From positions 1 through 50,756 of the forward strand of contig JBDHUS010000003.1 in NCBI GenBank assembly GCA_039809325.1: a stretch of 50,756 bases of DNA, given 5' to 3'. Under the pieces are notes generated by a model, which was not told the origin of the DNA, made no database searches, and worked only from the letters and a program-made list of their open reading frames with translations. This document shows positions 26,098 through 35,687 of this stretch, piece by piece. Origin of the DNA: Minisyncoccia bacterium. GTDB taxonomy: Bacteria > Patescibacteriota > Minisyncoccia > Phycocordibacterales > UBA5272. Position numbers and translations under genes: made by a program. How positions within the stretch are numbered: position 1 is the first letter of the stretch; every line of letters begins with the position of its first letter.

Positions 26098-27216
26098 ATG
26101 TCAAAAAAAGATTATTACAAAATATTAGAGGTATCAAAAGGAGCTTCAAAAGACGAAATTAAGAAGGCTTTTTATAAGTTGGCTGCAAAGTATCACCCAG
26201 ACAAAAAAACTGGTGACGAGGCTAAATTTAAAGAAATAAACGAAGCATATCAGGTACTTTCAAATGATCAAAAAAGAAAAGAATACGATACATATGGCCA
26301 GACATTTTCTGGTGCTGGATCACAAGGAGGGGCAAACGGATTTGGACAAGGTGCAGGATTTGGAGGATTTGATTTTTCTGGATTTAATCAAGGAGATTTT
26401 CAAAATATGAATTTTGATTTTGAAGACTTAGGAGATATTTTTGGAGATATTTTTGGTGGCTTTGGAGGAAGAGGTTCTACTAAACAAAAAAGAGGAAGAG
26501 ATATGCAACTCGAAATGGATATTTCTTTTGAGGAATCTATTTTTGGAGTTGAAAGAAATGTACTTATTTCAAAAGTTTCTACTTGTAAGACTTGTCATGG
26601 TAGTGGTGCTAAAGCAGGAACAAAAATGGATACTTGTTCTAAATGTAATGGAAAAGGAAAAATAAATGATATTAAGAGAACTATTTTTGGAGCAATGCAA
26701 TCTATTAAAACTTGCGACACTTGTCATGGTAGTGGAAAAGTTCCAAAAGAAAAATGTGATACATGTCGTGGGGCTGGAGTTCTTAATACAAAAGAAGATA
26801 TTAAAATTTCTATTCCAGCAGGTATAAATAATGGTGAAGTACTACGTATGAGTGGTATGGGTGAAGCAGTGAGTGGAGGAGTTAGTGGAGATCTCTATAT
26901 TAAAATTTTAGTTAAGAAAGATAAAATATGGAATAGAGAAGGAAATGATCTTGTAATGACTCAAGACGTTAAGCTAACAGATGCTTTACTTGGTGCAACT
27001 TACACTATTTCTGGTATTGATGGAAAAATAGAATTCCAGATTCCAAAAGGAGCTTCTACAAATGATATTTTAAGAATAAAAGGTAGAGGAGTGCCAAATT
27101 TTCATAATAAAAATAATAGAGGAGATGCAATTATAAAATTAAATATTATAATACCTAAAAAATTATCTAGAAAAGTAGAAGGTCTTATAGAAGAAATGAG
27201 AAAAGAAGGATTATAA
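26098..27216 (+). CDS. dnaJ: Chaperone DnaJ
   Basis: J domain HPD, G/F region, four CxxCxGxG repeats. Confidence 0.99.
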   Translation: MSKKDYYKILEVSKGASKDEIKKAFYKLAAKYHPDKKTGDEAKFKEINEAYQVLSNDQKRKEYDTYGQTFSGAGSQGGANGFGQGAGFGGFDFSGFNQGDFQNMNFDFEDLGDIFGDIFGGFGGRGSTKQKRGRDMQLEMDISFEESIFGVERNVLISKVSTCKTCHGSGAKAGTKMDTCSKCNGKGKINDIKRTIFGAMQSIKTCDTCHGSGKVPKEKCDTCRGAGVLNTKEDIKISIPAGINNGEVLRMSGMGEAVSGGVSGDLYIKILVKKDKIWNREGNDLVMTQDVKLTDALLGATYTISGIDGKIEFQIPKGASTNDILRIKGRGVPNFHNKNNRGDAIIKLNIIIPKKLSRKVEGLIEEMRKEGL

Positions 27217-27255
27217 AATAAACCGGGCGACAACGAAGCTGTAGCCCGGTTTATT
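27217..27255. terminator. Bidirectional terminator
   Basis: AATAAACCGGGC/GCCCGGTTTATT between convergent genes. Confidence 0.8.
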
Positions 27256-27262
27256 CTATAAT

Positions 27263-27568
27263 TTATTTAGTAATAATATCTCCGCCATTCATATAAGCAA
27301 GCATAAAGAATAAAAGTATAAGTATAAGCAAAGTGAAAATAATAATAAAACCACCTCGCAAAACGTTTCCACCTACTCCTTGATATATAACATTATTTGA
27401 GTTTACATTATTTGAGTTTACATTTTTACTTTTATCTAGATTTTCTAAGTTTTCAAGAGAAGAAGCTTTGTTTACTTCTTTTAATATTTCATCAGCTAAT
27501 TGATTATTTGAAATATTATTTTCTGAGATAGCATTTTCTTTTTCTTCTATATTATTCTCAATTGTCAT
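27263..27568 (-). CDS. Small protein with C-terminal TM helix
   Basis: Asn/Glu-rich N-terminus, one hydrophobic helix, short tail MNGGDIITK. Confidence 0.7.
   Translation of the reverse strand: MTIENNIEEKENAISENNISNNQLADEILKEVNKASSLENLENLDKSKNVNSNNVNSNNVIYQGVGGNVLRGGFIIIFTLLILILLFFMLAYMNGGDIITK
27390..27424. repeat. 15-bp tandem repeat (about 2.3 copies) encoding NVNSN
   Basis: ACATTATTTGAGTTT twice plus ACATT. Confidence 0.85.
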
Positions 27569-27637
27569 ATTAATATAATATTTAATATAAAAATTATATC
27601 ATAAATTAGATAATTTTTGTTTATATATTTTTTAGCT

Positions 27638-27898
27638 TTATGCTCTATTCACTATTTCAGAACCATTAAAAAATGAAATAGCGAATAAAATAATAATAAA
27701 AATCAGTATAATTATAAGTATTGCAAAAATAAACATAAAAATAGTAATGTTTTTCTTATTATCTTCTTCATGATTATGAGGATCAGCATATATTATTCTA
27801 TTATTTGAATTAATAATAGTGCTATGCTCTATATTTTGATTCTCATCTGGTGTATTTATTTCTTTATTTATTATTTTTTCTTCTATTTCTCTTTCCAT
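27638..27898 (-). CDS. Small protein with C-terminal TM helix, probable paralog of 27263-27568
   Basis: Same architecture; INSNNRIIY versus VNSNNVIY; tail FFNGSEIVNRA. Confidence 0.7.
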   Translation of the reverse strand: MEREIEEKIINKEINTPDENQNIEHSTIINSNNRIIYADPHNHEEDNKKNITIFMFIFAILIIILIFIIILFAISFFNGSEIVNRA

Positions 27899-27966
27899 TT
27901 TAAATATTATATCATATAGAAATTATAGAAATTAAAATATTTTTAAGGTATAATACTTTAATATTT

Positions 27967-28037
27967 TGCCTGATCGTCTAATGGTAGGACAACGGTTTCT
28001 GGCACCGTTAATTGGGGTTCGAATCCCTGTCAGGCAG
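27967..28037 (+). tRNA. tRNA-Gln (CTG)
   Basis: Acceptor TGCCTGA/TCAGGCA, anticodon arm ACGGT-TTCTGGC-ACCGT, T loop TTCGAAT. Confidence 0.96.
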
Positions 28038-28099
28038 CCCAAATTCAAAATAATATAATAAATAGTATTTAATTAAATAAATGCTATGATAAAATTATT

Positions 28100-28436
28100 A
28101 TGAAAAAGAAAAAGCAAATTATTTTAATTTTATAAAAGAAAATCCGGTTTCCCAGACATAGCTCAAATAACAGGACATTATTCATTTGGAGGACATTCAT
28201 TTTCTTATATAAATGTATTTATTAATAATAAAGGTAAATTAGAATTTTATGCCAGAGCTCCTTTGAGTTATCATGGCGATATAAGAAAAATTGAATTTGA
28301 TAAAGGCATATTAAGGATAGTTGAGTATACCGATCCCTGGGGATTTTATATTAATTGTTGTAAATATTTAAGATAGATTATAGAATACAAAATAAATGAT
28401 GGAGAACTCATTAAAAAAATAAATTTAGAATATTAG
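28100..28436 (+). pseudogene. Decayed gene of a probable exported beta-rich protein
   Basis: Coding-like pieces in different frames: FPDIAQITGHYSFGGHS, then SYINVFINNKGKLEFYARAPL...DPWGFYINCCKYLR*IIEYKINDGEL. Confidence 0.5.
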
Positions 28437-28511
28437 AGAATTTTAATATAGTTTTTCTTTTTTTAATAATATATTATAATATAATTGCATTTAAAGTTAT
28501 ATATTATAAAT

Positions 28512-29051
28512 ATGAAAGAATATTTTGATGTGCCAAAAGATGATCAAAGAAGAAAAGAAGAAGCTTTTAAAAAAGCGCATGAAAGAGTAAACGGTGATGA
28601 AAATATAAAAAATTTAATTCTCTATGCAGAGGATAAAGATTCAACAATTAGAATTGTAAACATAATTGACAATTTTGTTTTTAAAAATCAGAAACAGTTT
28701 TCTCAAGATTTTTTAGCTTTGCTTGCAGAATTAAAAACTAAGTATTTTGAAAAAATTGAAATACAAAAATTAAAATCAGAATATGTAAATATTAAATTGT
28801 TAAAATATGATACTAATAAATATCCTGGTTTTACAACAGTTTCAGAAACAAGAATATTCCAACCAGATTATGTTCAAGAATATAAATCAAAAAAAGATGA
28901 ATATAAAGAATTTGCTGATAAAATAATGAAGAATGAAGCTAATATAAATGAAAAAATTATAGAAAAAATTAGTGAAATAAAAGAAAAATTTCCAGAAGAA
29001 TTTGATATTTTAGCAGAAATAGTAATTAAAACACATAATTCTTATAATTAA
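28512..29051 (+). CDS. Hypothetical charged helical protein
   Basis: Long K/E-rich ORF; ATG 28512 preferred over TTG 28485. Confidence 0.65.
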   Translation: MKEYFDVPKDDQRRKEEAFKKAHERVNGDENIKNLILYAEDKDSTIRIVNIIDNFVFKNQKQFSQDFLALLAELKTKYFEKIEIQKLKSEYVNIKLLKYDTNKYPGFTTVSETRIFQPDYVQEYKSKKDEYKEFADKIMKNEANINEKIIEKISEIKEKFPEEFDILAEIVIKTHNSYN

Positions 29052-29091
29052 ATAATATTTTTATTTATGCTATAATTTTAGTTAATTTATC

Positions 29092-29727
29092 ATGCAATAC
29101 TTTAATGATGTAATGAATATTTTAGATAGCAACAGCACATCTTTTTTATGGATGTATATTACTTTATTTATAATATCTTTTTTCGATACTTTAATAGTTG
29201 TTGGAGCATTTTTCCCGGCTAGCTTTTTTGTTATAGCTGCTGGTTTTTTTTCTTTACATACAGGTCTTGATATTTGGATTTCTATAATTGTAATCACTCT
29301 TGGAGGGCTTATAGGAGACCTTTTAAGTTATCTTATTGGAAGTAAAGGACTTGATTGGTTTAAAGGAGAGAAAAAGCTTTTAAAAGCATCTTATCTTGAT
29401 AAAGGGGAAGCTTTTTTTGAAAAGTATGGAGATAAAAGTATTATTATAGGTAGATTTTTAGGAATTATAAAATCAATAATTCCTTTTGTTGCTGGGCTTT
29501 ATAAAATGAAATTAAAAAAATTTTTATTTTTAAATATTGTAGCAGGACTTATATGGACTATAGCTCATATAGTTATTGGATATATCTTGGGAAGAACTTT
29601 AGATGTATTAAACATTTCAAGATCTGTTAAATTTTTTATTATATTAATTCCTTTTGTATTATTTTTTGCTTGGACATTATTTGAATATAGAAAAAAGATT
29701 TTTTCTTTTTTAAAAAAGAAAAATTAA
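29092..29727 (+). CDS. dedA: DedA family membrane protein
   Basis: GAFFPA, IGDLLSYLIG, FFEKYGDKSIIIGRF, PFVAGLYKM. Confidence 0.92.
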   Translation: MQYFNDVMNILDSNSTSFLWMYITLFIISFFDTLIVVGAFFPASFFVIAAGFFSLHTGLDIWISIIVITLGGLIGDLLSYLIGSKGLDWFKGEKKLLKASYLDKGEAFFEKYGDKSIIIGRFLGIIKSIIPFVAGLYKMKLKKFLFLNIVAGLIWTIAHIVIGYILGRTLDVLNISRSVKFFIILIPFVLFFAWTLFEYRKKIFSFLKKKN

Positions 29728-30689
29728 TCTCTAACTATTACAGTTGTACCGATAGGTGCCCAGCTATAAAGCATCTCAGCATCAATAGGCCTAAGATTGA
29801 CACATCCATGGCTCCACGGTACACCGAAATTATTATGCCAATAAGCACCATGTATAGCAGCTCCTCCGCTTGTAAAATACATAGTCCAAGGCACACCAGG
29901 TAAATCGTAATAATCATCAGAAATGTTTGGTAGAGGACCTTGCATATATCTGCTAGGAGTTTTTTCAAAGATTTGAAAAGTTCCTCGTGGAGTAGGAAGG
30001 CTTTCAAGTCCTGTTGATATGCTTATTTCCATAAAAAGATTATCTTCTTCATAAGCATAGAGTTTTTGCTCACTTCTATCTACTATAATTTTTTTATTAG
30101 TTTTATTTTTTTCTAAAACTCCTTTTTTATAAGTTTCTTTTTGAGATTCTATTAAATAAAGATAATCATTTGCAACATAAAATTCATTAGGTAATCTATC
30201 ATCATATCTTCTCCATTCATCAAAAATTATTTTTCTCCACTCTATATTATCAGCAAAAGTAATTTCTCCAGTTGTTTTTAAGACTATGTTGTTTCTAAGA
30301 CTTGTTATCGTTGGACAATTTAAAGATGGACAAGCTCTAGCTCGTACGCAGCTACCACCAAAATGCTCAGAACAGCTATTAATAACTTTTACATAAAGAC
30401 CTTTTTTAATATTAAGTAATTGATTTTCTTCTTCATTTTTTTCTTGAGCTTCTTTATTTATAATTTCATTACTACTAGTAGATGCTAAAGCAGTGTTTAT
30501 GTCATTAGAATAATAATTTTCATTATAATCCTTTGTTTCTAATTTTCTTTTTTCCAATTTGTCATTAAAAAGATCTGAAAAAAATATAAATATAATAAAC
30601 AATATAATAAGTATTAAAATAGTATTTGCTATGAAATATGGAGATTTATTTTTAATAATAATCTTAATATTTTTTTTGATCTTTTTCAT
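29724..30689 (-). CDS. L,D-transpeptidase (YkuD family) with TM anchor and SH3-like domain
   Basis: IVDRSEQKLYAYE, ISTG...PTPRGTF, AIHGAYWHNNFG.PWSHGCVNL. Confidence 0.93.
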   Translation of the reverse strand: MKKIKKNIKIIIKNKSPYFIANTILILIILFIIFIFFSDLFNDKLEKRKLETKDYNENYYSNDINTALASTSSNEIINKEAQEKNEEENQLLNIKKGLYVKVINSCSEHFGGSCVRARACPSLNCPTITSLRNNIVLKTTGEITFADNIEWRKIIFDEWRRYDDRLPNEFYVANDYLYLIESQKETYKKGVLEKNKTNKKIIVDRSEQKLYAYEEDNLFMEISISTGLESLPTPRGTFQIFEKTPSRYMQGPLPNISDDYYDLPGVPWTMYFTSGGAAIHGAYWHNNFGVPWSHGCVNLRPIDAEMLYSWAPIGTTVIVRD

Positions 30690-30771
30690 TATATTTTTAG
30701 TTTAATTATTTAATGAGTATTATATCAGAATATATAAATAAAGACTAAAAATAAAGATTAAAATCATATTT

Positions 30772-30845
30772 TGGCTGCCAGACCTGGAATCGAACCAAGA
30801 TTCACAGCTTCAAAGGCTGCTGTCCTACCATTAGACGATCTGGCA
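30772..30845 (-). tRNA. tRNA-Gln (TTG)
   Basis: On minus strand: TGCCAGA/TCTGGCA acceptor, GCAGC-CTTTGAA-GCTGT, TTCGATT loop, encoded CCA. Confidence 0.97.
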
Positions 30846-31110
30846 ATAGGATAAAATTATAACATAAAAAAGAAGTCTTTTCAAAATAAGTAAAAGATTT
30901 AATTTAATAATTCAAAGACTCTTTAAATATAAAGTTAAATTTATTTTAAATTAAAAAAGATTTTTCTTTTGTCAAATTTTTATATTTCGACATAAAAAAA
31001 TATTTTTTCTAGTTGCATTATAATTTTCTTTTAGAGTATAATATTAATATTAATATTAAAAATTTTATTATTAAGAGTTTCCTTTTTTATTAAAATAAAT
31101 AATTAAAAAT

Positions 31111-31362
31111 ATGTCATTAGAAAATTTTTCAAATAAAGATAATAATGCTGAGAATACTTTTTTTTCTCCCGAAAAAAATAAAGAAAAAATAATTAAATTT
31201 AATTTAAGTCAAAAATATAAAGATCCAGAACCTATTATAGAAAGATTCAAAGAAAAAGGTTATCCAGGATCATTGGAAAGTTTAAAAAGACTAAATAATG
31301 GTATTATAAAAATGGTAGAAGGATATTTCAATAATAAAGAAATAAATAAAAATATAGCTTAA
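31111..31362 (+). CDS. Hypothetical protein
   Basis: 83-aa ORF with A-rich start context; may be a truncated remnant. Confidence 0.5.
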   Translation: MSLENFSNKDNNAENTFFSPEKNKEKIIKFNLSQKYKDPEPIIERFKEKGYPGSLESLKRLNNGIIKMVEGYFNNKEINKNIA

Positions 31363-31369
31363 TTTATAA

Positions 31370-31378
31370 TGTGGATAA
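31370..31378 (-). promoter_or_regulatory. Perfect DnaA box (TTATCCACA)
   Basis: TGTGGATAA in an intergenic promoter region; single copy. Confidence 0.4.
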
Positions 31379-31424
31379 AAATTTAATATAAATTTTAAGC
31401 ATGATATTATAAATATATAAAATT

Positions 31425-31739
31425 ATGGATGAAAATAAAGAAGAAAAAGATTTAAATGTAAGAATTAAAAATATTCTTTATAAATCAGAATTATCTTTTG
31501 ATGAAACAAGAGCTTTTTTTGATGGACTTCAATATTTATCAGATGAGGATAAAGAAGAATTTATTTCCATTTTAGAAGAAGAGCCAGATTTAATATATCC
31601 ACTTTATATTAATTTTAAAGCAAAGCTTGCTGCTCTTGAAGAAGAAGAGGAAGGCAGTAATAAAAGTTGGGAAGAAATAGTAGAAAATGAAATAGCAGAG
31701 CTTGATAAATATCTAGAAAATAAAGGAAAAAAAGTTTAA
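31425..31739 (+). CDS. Acidic hypothetical protein
   Basis: 104-aa ORF, first gene of an apparent operon. Confidence 0.7.
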   Translation: MDENKEEKDLNVRIKNILYKSELSFDETRAFFDGLQYLSDEDKEEFISILEEEPDLIYPLYINFKAKLAALEEEEEGSNKSWEEIVENEIAELDKYLENKGKKV

Positions 31740-31756
31740 TTATTTTATTTAAAAAT

Positions 31757-31945
31757 ATGGCACATCTAGCAAAGATTTTATTAATTATAGGAGGTCTTAA
31801 TTGGGGGCTTATTGGTTTAGGAAAATTTATAAATAAAAATTTGAATTTTATAGATTTATTATCTGCTTTTTATCCAGATCTTCCAGCTATTATTTATTCT
31901 ATAATAGGGCTAATTGCTATATTTTTAATTTTTAAAAAAGATTAG
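31757..31945 (+). CDS. DUF378 family small membrane protein
   Basis: LLIIGGLNWGLIG...IIYSIIGL. Confidence 0.9.
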   Translation: MAHLAKILLIIGGLNWGLIGLGKFINKNLNFIDLLSAFYPDLPAIIYSIIGLIAIFLIFKKD

Positions 31946-31949
31946 AATT

Positions 31950-32624
31950 ATGTCTTTTTTAGATTTATCAAGTTTTTCTGGGACTGCAAAAAATTTTGCA
32001 AGATTTATTTTATTTATTATTATAATAGTAATTTTTTCTAAAATTATTATTCTAGGAAAAGATTTTTTAGTATCAAAAAATTTTTTAAAAGTAAATATTG
32101 ATAAGAAAGAGATTTTAATAAATAATTTATCATTTGATTATAAAGTGGTAGATGTAATAGATGGTGACACTATAAAAATAAAAAGATTAGATGGGGGAAA
32201 AATAGAAGGAAAAGATAAAATAATTGTAAGACTTATAGGAATAAATACTCCAGAAGTTGTTGATCCGAGACGTCCAGTTGAATGTTTTGGAAAAGAAGCA
32301 AGCAAATATATGAAAAGTATAGCAGAAGGAAAAGTGGCCGCTTTAGAATTTGATTTATCCCAAGATAAATTTGATAAATACGATAGACTTTTAGCTTATG
32401 TCTTTATAAAAGAATCAGGAATTTATCCAAATAATGTTCTTTTTTTGAATGAAAAAATGATTAAGGAGGGATATGCTTATGAATATACTTATAATATCCC
32501 TTATAAATATCAAATAGAATTTAAAGATTTAGAAAGATGGTCTAGAAAATATGAAGTTGGACTTTGGGCAGCAAATACTTGTAATGGCCTTAAAACACCC
32601 ATTTCTTCTCCTCCTGAGATGTAA
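31950..32624 (+). CDS. Membrane-anchored thermonuclease (SNase-like)
   Basis: VIDGDTI, VRLIGINTPE, DKYDRLLAYV, GLWA. Confidence 0.93.
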   Translation: MSFLDLSSFSGTAKNFARFILFIIIIVIFSKIIILGKDFLVSKNFLKVNIDKKEILINNLSFDYKVVDVIDGDTIKIKRLDGGKIEGKDKIIVRLIGINTPEVVDPRRPVECFGKEASKYMKSIAEGKVAALEFDLSQDKFDKYDRLLAYVFIKESGIYPNNVLFLNEKMIKEGYAYEYTYNIPYKYQIEFKDLERWSRKYEVGLWAANTCNGLKTPISSPPEM

Positions 32625-32643
32625 ATGATATAATTTATTATAT

Positions 32644-33363
32644 ATGGCTAACTTTTTTAAAATAATGTGGAAGACTGGACTTAAGATTTTATTAATCATA
32701 ATAATTATATGGCTACTTTTTTTCACTATAAATTTTATATATCCTAATTTTCTCAGTTCTTTAAAAGTTAAAAATTCTTATCCAGGGGAGAGTGTTGAAC
32801 GGCAAGAATCAATACCACTTCGCTTCAAAATATATAATTTATTTTTTAAAAATTCTCTTAAAAATCCTTTTGAGCTCAAGCTATCTACTTCTTCTAAAGA
32901 AGATAATATGGAAATCCCAAAAAATATACCTTATGTTTGGGGTCAGAGCTCATCTACTCCAATAAGAGATAAAAATAAATTAAGCATGGAAGATTATTAT
33001 ATTTTCCCAAACAAAGAAGGCTCTCCCGCTCAAAATTTTAAGATAGACGGAATTTTAGTAAAAGAAAATAGTATTAATAATTTAAGTCTAGATAGCATTA
33101 TAACAGGGGAAATTGATACAGATTATTTAATATCTTATTATTTTAATATAGATATTTATGATTTAAATGGCAATTATATTTATTCTTTTTTAGGTACGGG
33201 GCATAGAGATTTTAAAGAAGAAAATGTTTTAAATATTACAGGAATAAGTGATAAGAATTATGATTATTCTAACTCGGATTATAAAGGAAATGGATTTATG
33301 GTGATTTGGAGTGATAATAATCAAATAGAAAATGTTTTACTTTTAAAAATAAAAATTAATTAG
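32644..33363 (+). CDS. Membrane-anchored protein, possible degenerate Gmad2-like Ig domain
   Basis: N-terminal TM; ITGE...FNIDIYDLNGNYI...GFMVIWSDN resembles the Gmad2 pattern by eye. Confidence 0.45.
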   Translation: MANFFKIMWKTGLKILLIIIIIWLLFFTINFIYPNFLSSLKVKNSYPGESVERQESIPLRFKIYNLFFKNSLKNPFELKLSTSSKEDNMEIPKNIPYVWGQSSSTPIRDKNKLSMEDYYIFPNKEGSPAQNFKIDGILVKENSINNLSLDSIITGEIDTDYLISYYFNIDIYDLNGNYIYSFLGTGHRDFKEENVLNITGISDKNYDYSNSDYKGNGFMVIWSDNNQIENVLLLKIKIN

Positions 33364-33376
33364 ACACACTTTGTCT

Positions 33377-34042
33377 CTATAATGAATTATTTATTATTCC
33401 GTCATCAGAATTTTTATTAAATTCTTCTCCAAAGTCTATAGAGATTTGGTTATTTTCTTTTTTTATTTTATTATTTTCTTTTTTTTCTTCCCAAAAATAT
33501 TCTTTTAATTCTTTTATTAGATTTTCTTTTCTCTTTTTAGCAGCATTATTTTTTCTTATTTTTGATAAATATGCATCTATCAATTTTCTTGCAGCAAAAT
33601 CTACCCACCAAGCATAATCTCTTTTAAAATCTTTTGTATGTCTTTCTTTTTCAAAATTATATTCATTAAGAATAAAATCAGAAGTAAACATTTTTTTTGT
33701 ATCTTCAAAAAGTCTTTTTTCTTCTTTTTTTAATTCTTGCTTTATTTTTCTAATTACTTCTTGGTCGTTTGCTTTTTTTGATTCTTTATCTATTTCTGGA
33801 GGATTATTTAACATTTCTATAAATTCTTCTTCTGATTTTTGAATTATATAATCTTCATATGCTCTTAAATATTCTTCTTGTGTATGCTCATCTCCTTCAA
33901 ATTCCTGAGCTAAAATATTTTTAAAAGTATCTTTTGGATAATTTTCAAAAAGCCACTCTATTTGTTCTAAAATGCTTAATTCTTTTATATTATTAGGCAT
34001 TATGCCGACCTTTTTTCTTGGAGGAACACCTTCAAAATTCAT
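33377..34042 (-). CDS. Hypothetical charged helical protein
   Basis: 221-aa K/E-rich ORF downstream of the YqeY gene. Confidence 0.65.
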   Translation of the reverse strand: MNFEGVPPRKKVGIMPNNIKELSILEQIEWLFENYPKDTFKNILAQEFEGDEHTQEEYLRAYEDYIIQKSEEEFIEMLNNPPEIDKESKKANDQEVIRKIKQELKKEEKRLFEDTKKMFTSDFILNEYNFEKERHTKDFKRDYAWWVDFAARKLIDAYLSKIRKNNAAKKRKENLIKELKEYFWEEKKENNKIKKENNQISIDFGEEFNKNSDDGIINNSL

Positions 34043-34049
34043 ATTAAAA

Positions 34050-34496
34050 TTATTTGATCAATTCATCTATAATTTCTTTTACTAAGACTCCATCAGCTCT
34101 ATCACCTAATTCTTTCATTATCATTCCTATAAATTGACCTTTCTTATTTGGATCAATATTTTCATTTTTTAATTTTTCAGAAATTATTTTTCCAATCTCT
34201 TCTTTACTCATCATTTCTGGTAGAAATTCTTCTATAATTATCATTTCTGATTTCTCATCTTCCGCAAGTTCTGGTCTCTCAGCATTTATATATTGTTCAA
34301 TAGAATCTTTTCTTTTTTTAACTTCTCTTTTTAACACTTTCATTACTTCTTCATCAGACAAAGTATCAGTAGGAGTTCTACCTAAAGTTACTAATTCATT
34401 AGTAAAGCTAGCCAAAAGCATACGCAAAGTATTTACTCTTGTCATATTTTTATCCATCATTGCCTTTTTTAATTCTGATTTTATTTGTTCTTGCAT
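34050..34496 (-). CDS. GatB/YqeY domain protein
   Basis: LKKAMMDK, REVKKRKDSIEQY, RPELAEDEKSE..IIEEFLP, RADG. Confidence 0.93.
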   Translation of the reverse strand: MQEQIKSELKKAMMDKNMTRVNTLRMLLASFTNELVTLGRTPTDTLSDEEVMKVLKREVKKRKDSIEQYINAERPELAEDEKSEMIIIEEFLPEMMSKEEIGKIISEKLKNENIDPNKKGQFIGMIMKELGDRADGVLVKEIIDELIK

Positions 34497-34566
34497 AGTT
34501 TTTATTGATTATTTTTAAATTATAGCATAAAAATAAATATTTTATAATATGTTATAATCTCTAAAT

Positions 34567-35685
34567 ATGGACACATTATCTCTAGTTTTAATAATTATTA
34601 TAGCTGTTTTGCTGATTAGTATTATTATATTTTTGATTGTTTTTAATAAAAAAATATCTAGCAAAGACGACAGAAAAGATTTAGCACTTCTTTCTGAAAC
34701 TTTAAAATCTTTAAAAGATGATATTAAAACAGATATTCGCGAAACTCGCCGTGAACTTGATCAAAAAATATATTCTGGACAAAAAGATATGAATGAAAAT
34801 GTTAAATATCAATTTGAAGCCTCACAAAAATTAATTCGTGATATTAATGAACATCTCGGAAAAGTAAATGAATCTGTAATAGAAGTAAAAGAAGGTAGTA
34901 AGCAAGTAGTCTCTATGACAGAACAACTTTCAAATCTTGAAAAAGTATTAACGAATCAAAAAACTCGCGGGAATTGGGGAGAGGGATCTTTAGAATTAAT
35001 TCTATCTAATTTCTTACCTAGTGGAGTATATCAAATGCAATATAATTATAAATCTGGAGAAGTTGTCGATGCTGTTATTTCTATTAAAGATAAAATACTT
35101 CCTATAGATTCGAAATTTTCAATAGATAATTATAGAAGATGTATTGATGCGTCAAATGAAGAAGATAAAAAATATTTTGCTGATGAGTTTAAAAAAGATA
35201 TTAAAAAAAGAATAGAGGAAACAAGTAAATATATTAATGAGATAGAGGAAAACACATTACCTTTCGCATTTATGTTTATACCAAGTGAAGCTATTTATTA
35301 TGATATTCAAGCAGGAGTTAGTGGCGGACTTAAAATAGAAACAGAAAAGCTTTTAAATTTTGCGCAAGAAAAAAAGGTAATCATAGTTTCTCCTACTTCT
35401 ATACTTGCATATTTACATTTAGTATTATCTGGAATAAAAGATAGCAATATAGAGAAAAATTCTAAAGAAATAAAGAAAAAAGTGGAAGAACTCGGTAAAC
35501 ATATTCAAAAATATGAAGATTATATGCAAAAGCTTGGCAACGCTCTAAATACTACCGTCAATCATTATAATGCATCATATAAAGAGTTAAAGAAGATTGA
35601 TAAGGATGTGTATAAGATAACAGAAGGTACAAATGAAATGAGTGTAGAGCCAATGCTTTTAGATAAAGTGAATATAGAAGAATAA
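34567..35685 (+). CDS. rmuC: DNA recombination protein RmuC
   Basis: N-terminal TM, RGNWGE..LE.IL, PIDSKF, FAFMFIPSEAIY, VSPTS. Confidence 0.95.
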   Translation: MDTLSLVLIIIIAVLLISIIIFLIVFNKKISSKDDRKDLALLSETLKSLKDDIKTDIRETRRELDQKIYSGQKDMNENVKYQFEASQKLIRDINEHLGKVNESVIEVKEGSKQVVSMTEQLSNLEKVLTNQKTRGNWGEGSLELILSNFLPSGVYQMQYNYKSGEVVDAVISIKDKILPIDSKFSIDNYRRCIDASNEEDKKYFADEFKKDIKKRIEETSKYINEIEENTLPFAFMFIPSEAIYYDIQAGVSGGLKIETEKLLNFAQEKKVIIVSPTSILAYLHLVLSGIKDSNIEKNSKEIKKKVEELGKHIQKYEDYMQKLGNALNTTVNHYNASYKELKKIDKDVYKITEGTNEMSVEPMLLDKVNIEE

Positions 35686-35687
35686 AT

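Noticed and set aside
27967-29051. Integrated element at tRNA-Gln(CTG)
   Set aside because: No integrase and no duplicated tRNA 3' end found by eye.
31340-31424. Replication origin at the perfect DnaA box
   Set aside because: Single box in a short gap, with no cluster and no dnaA/dnaN nearby.
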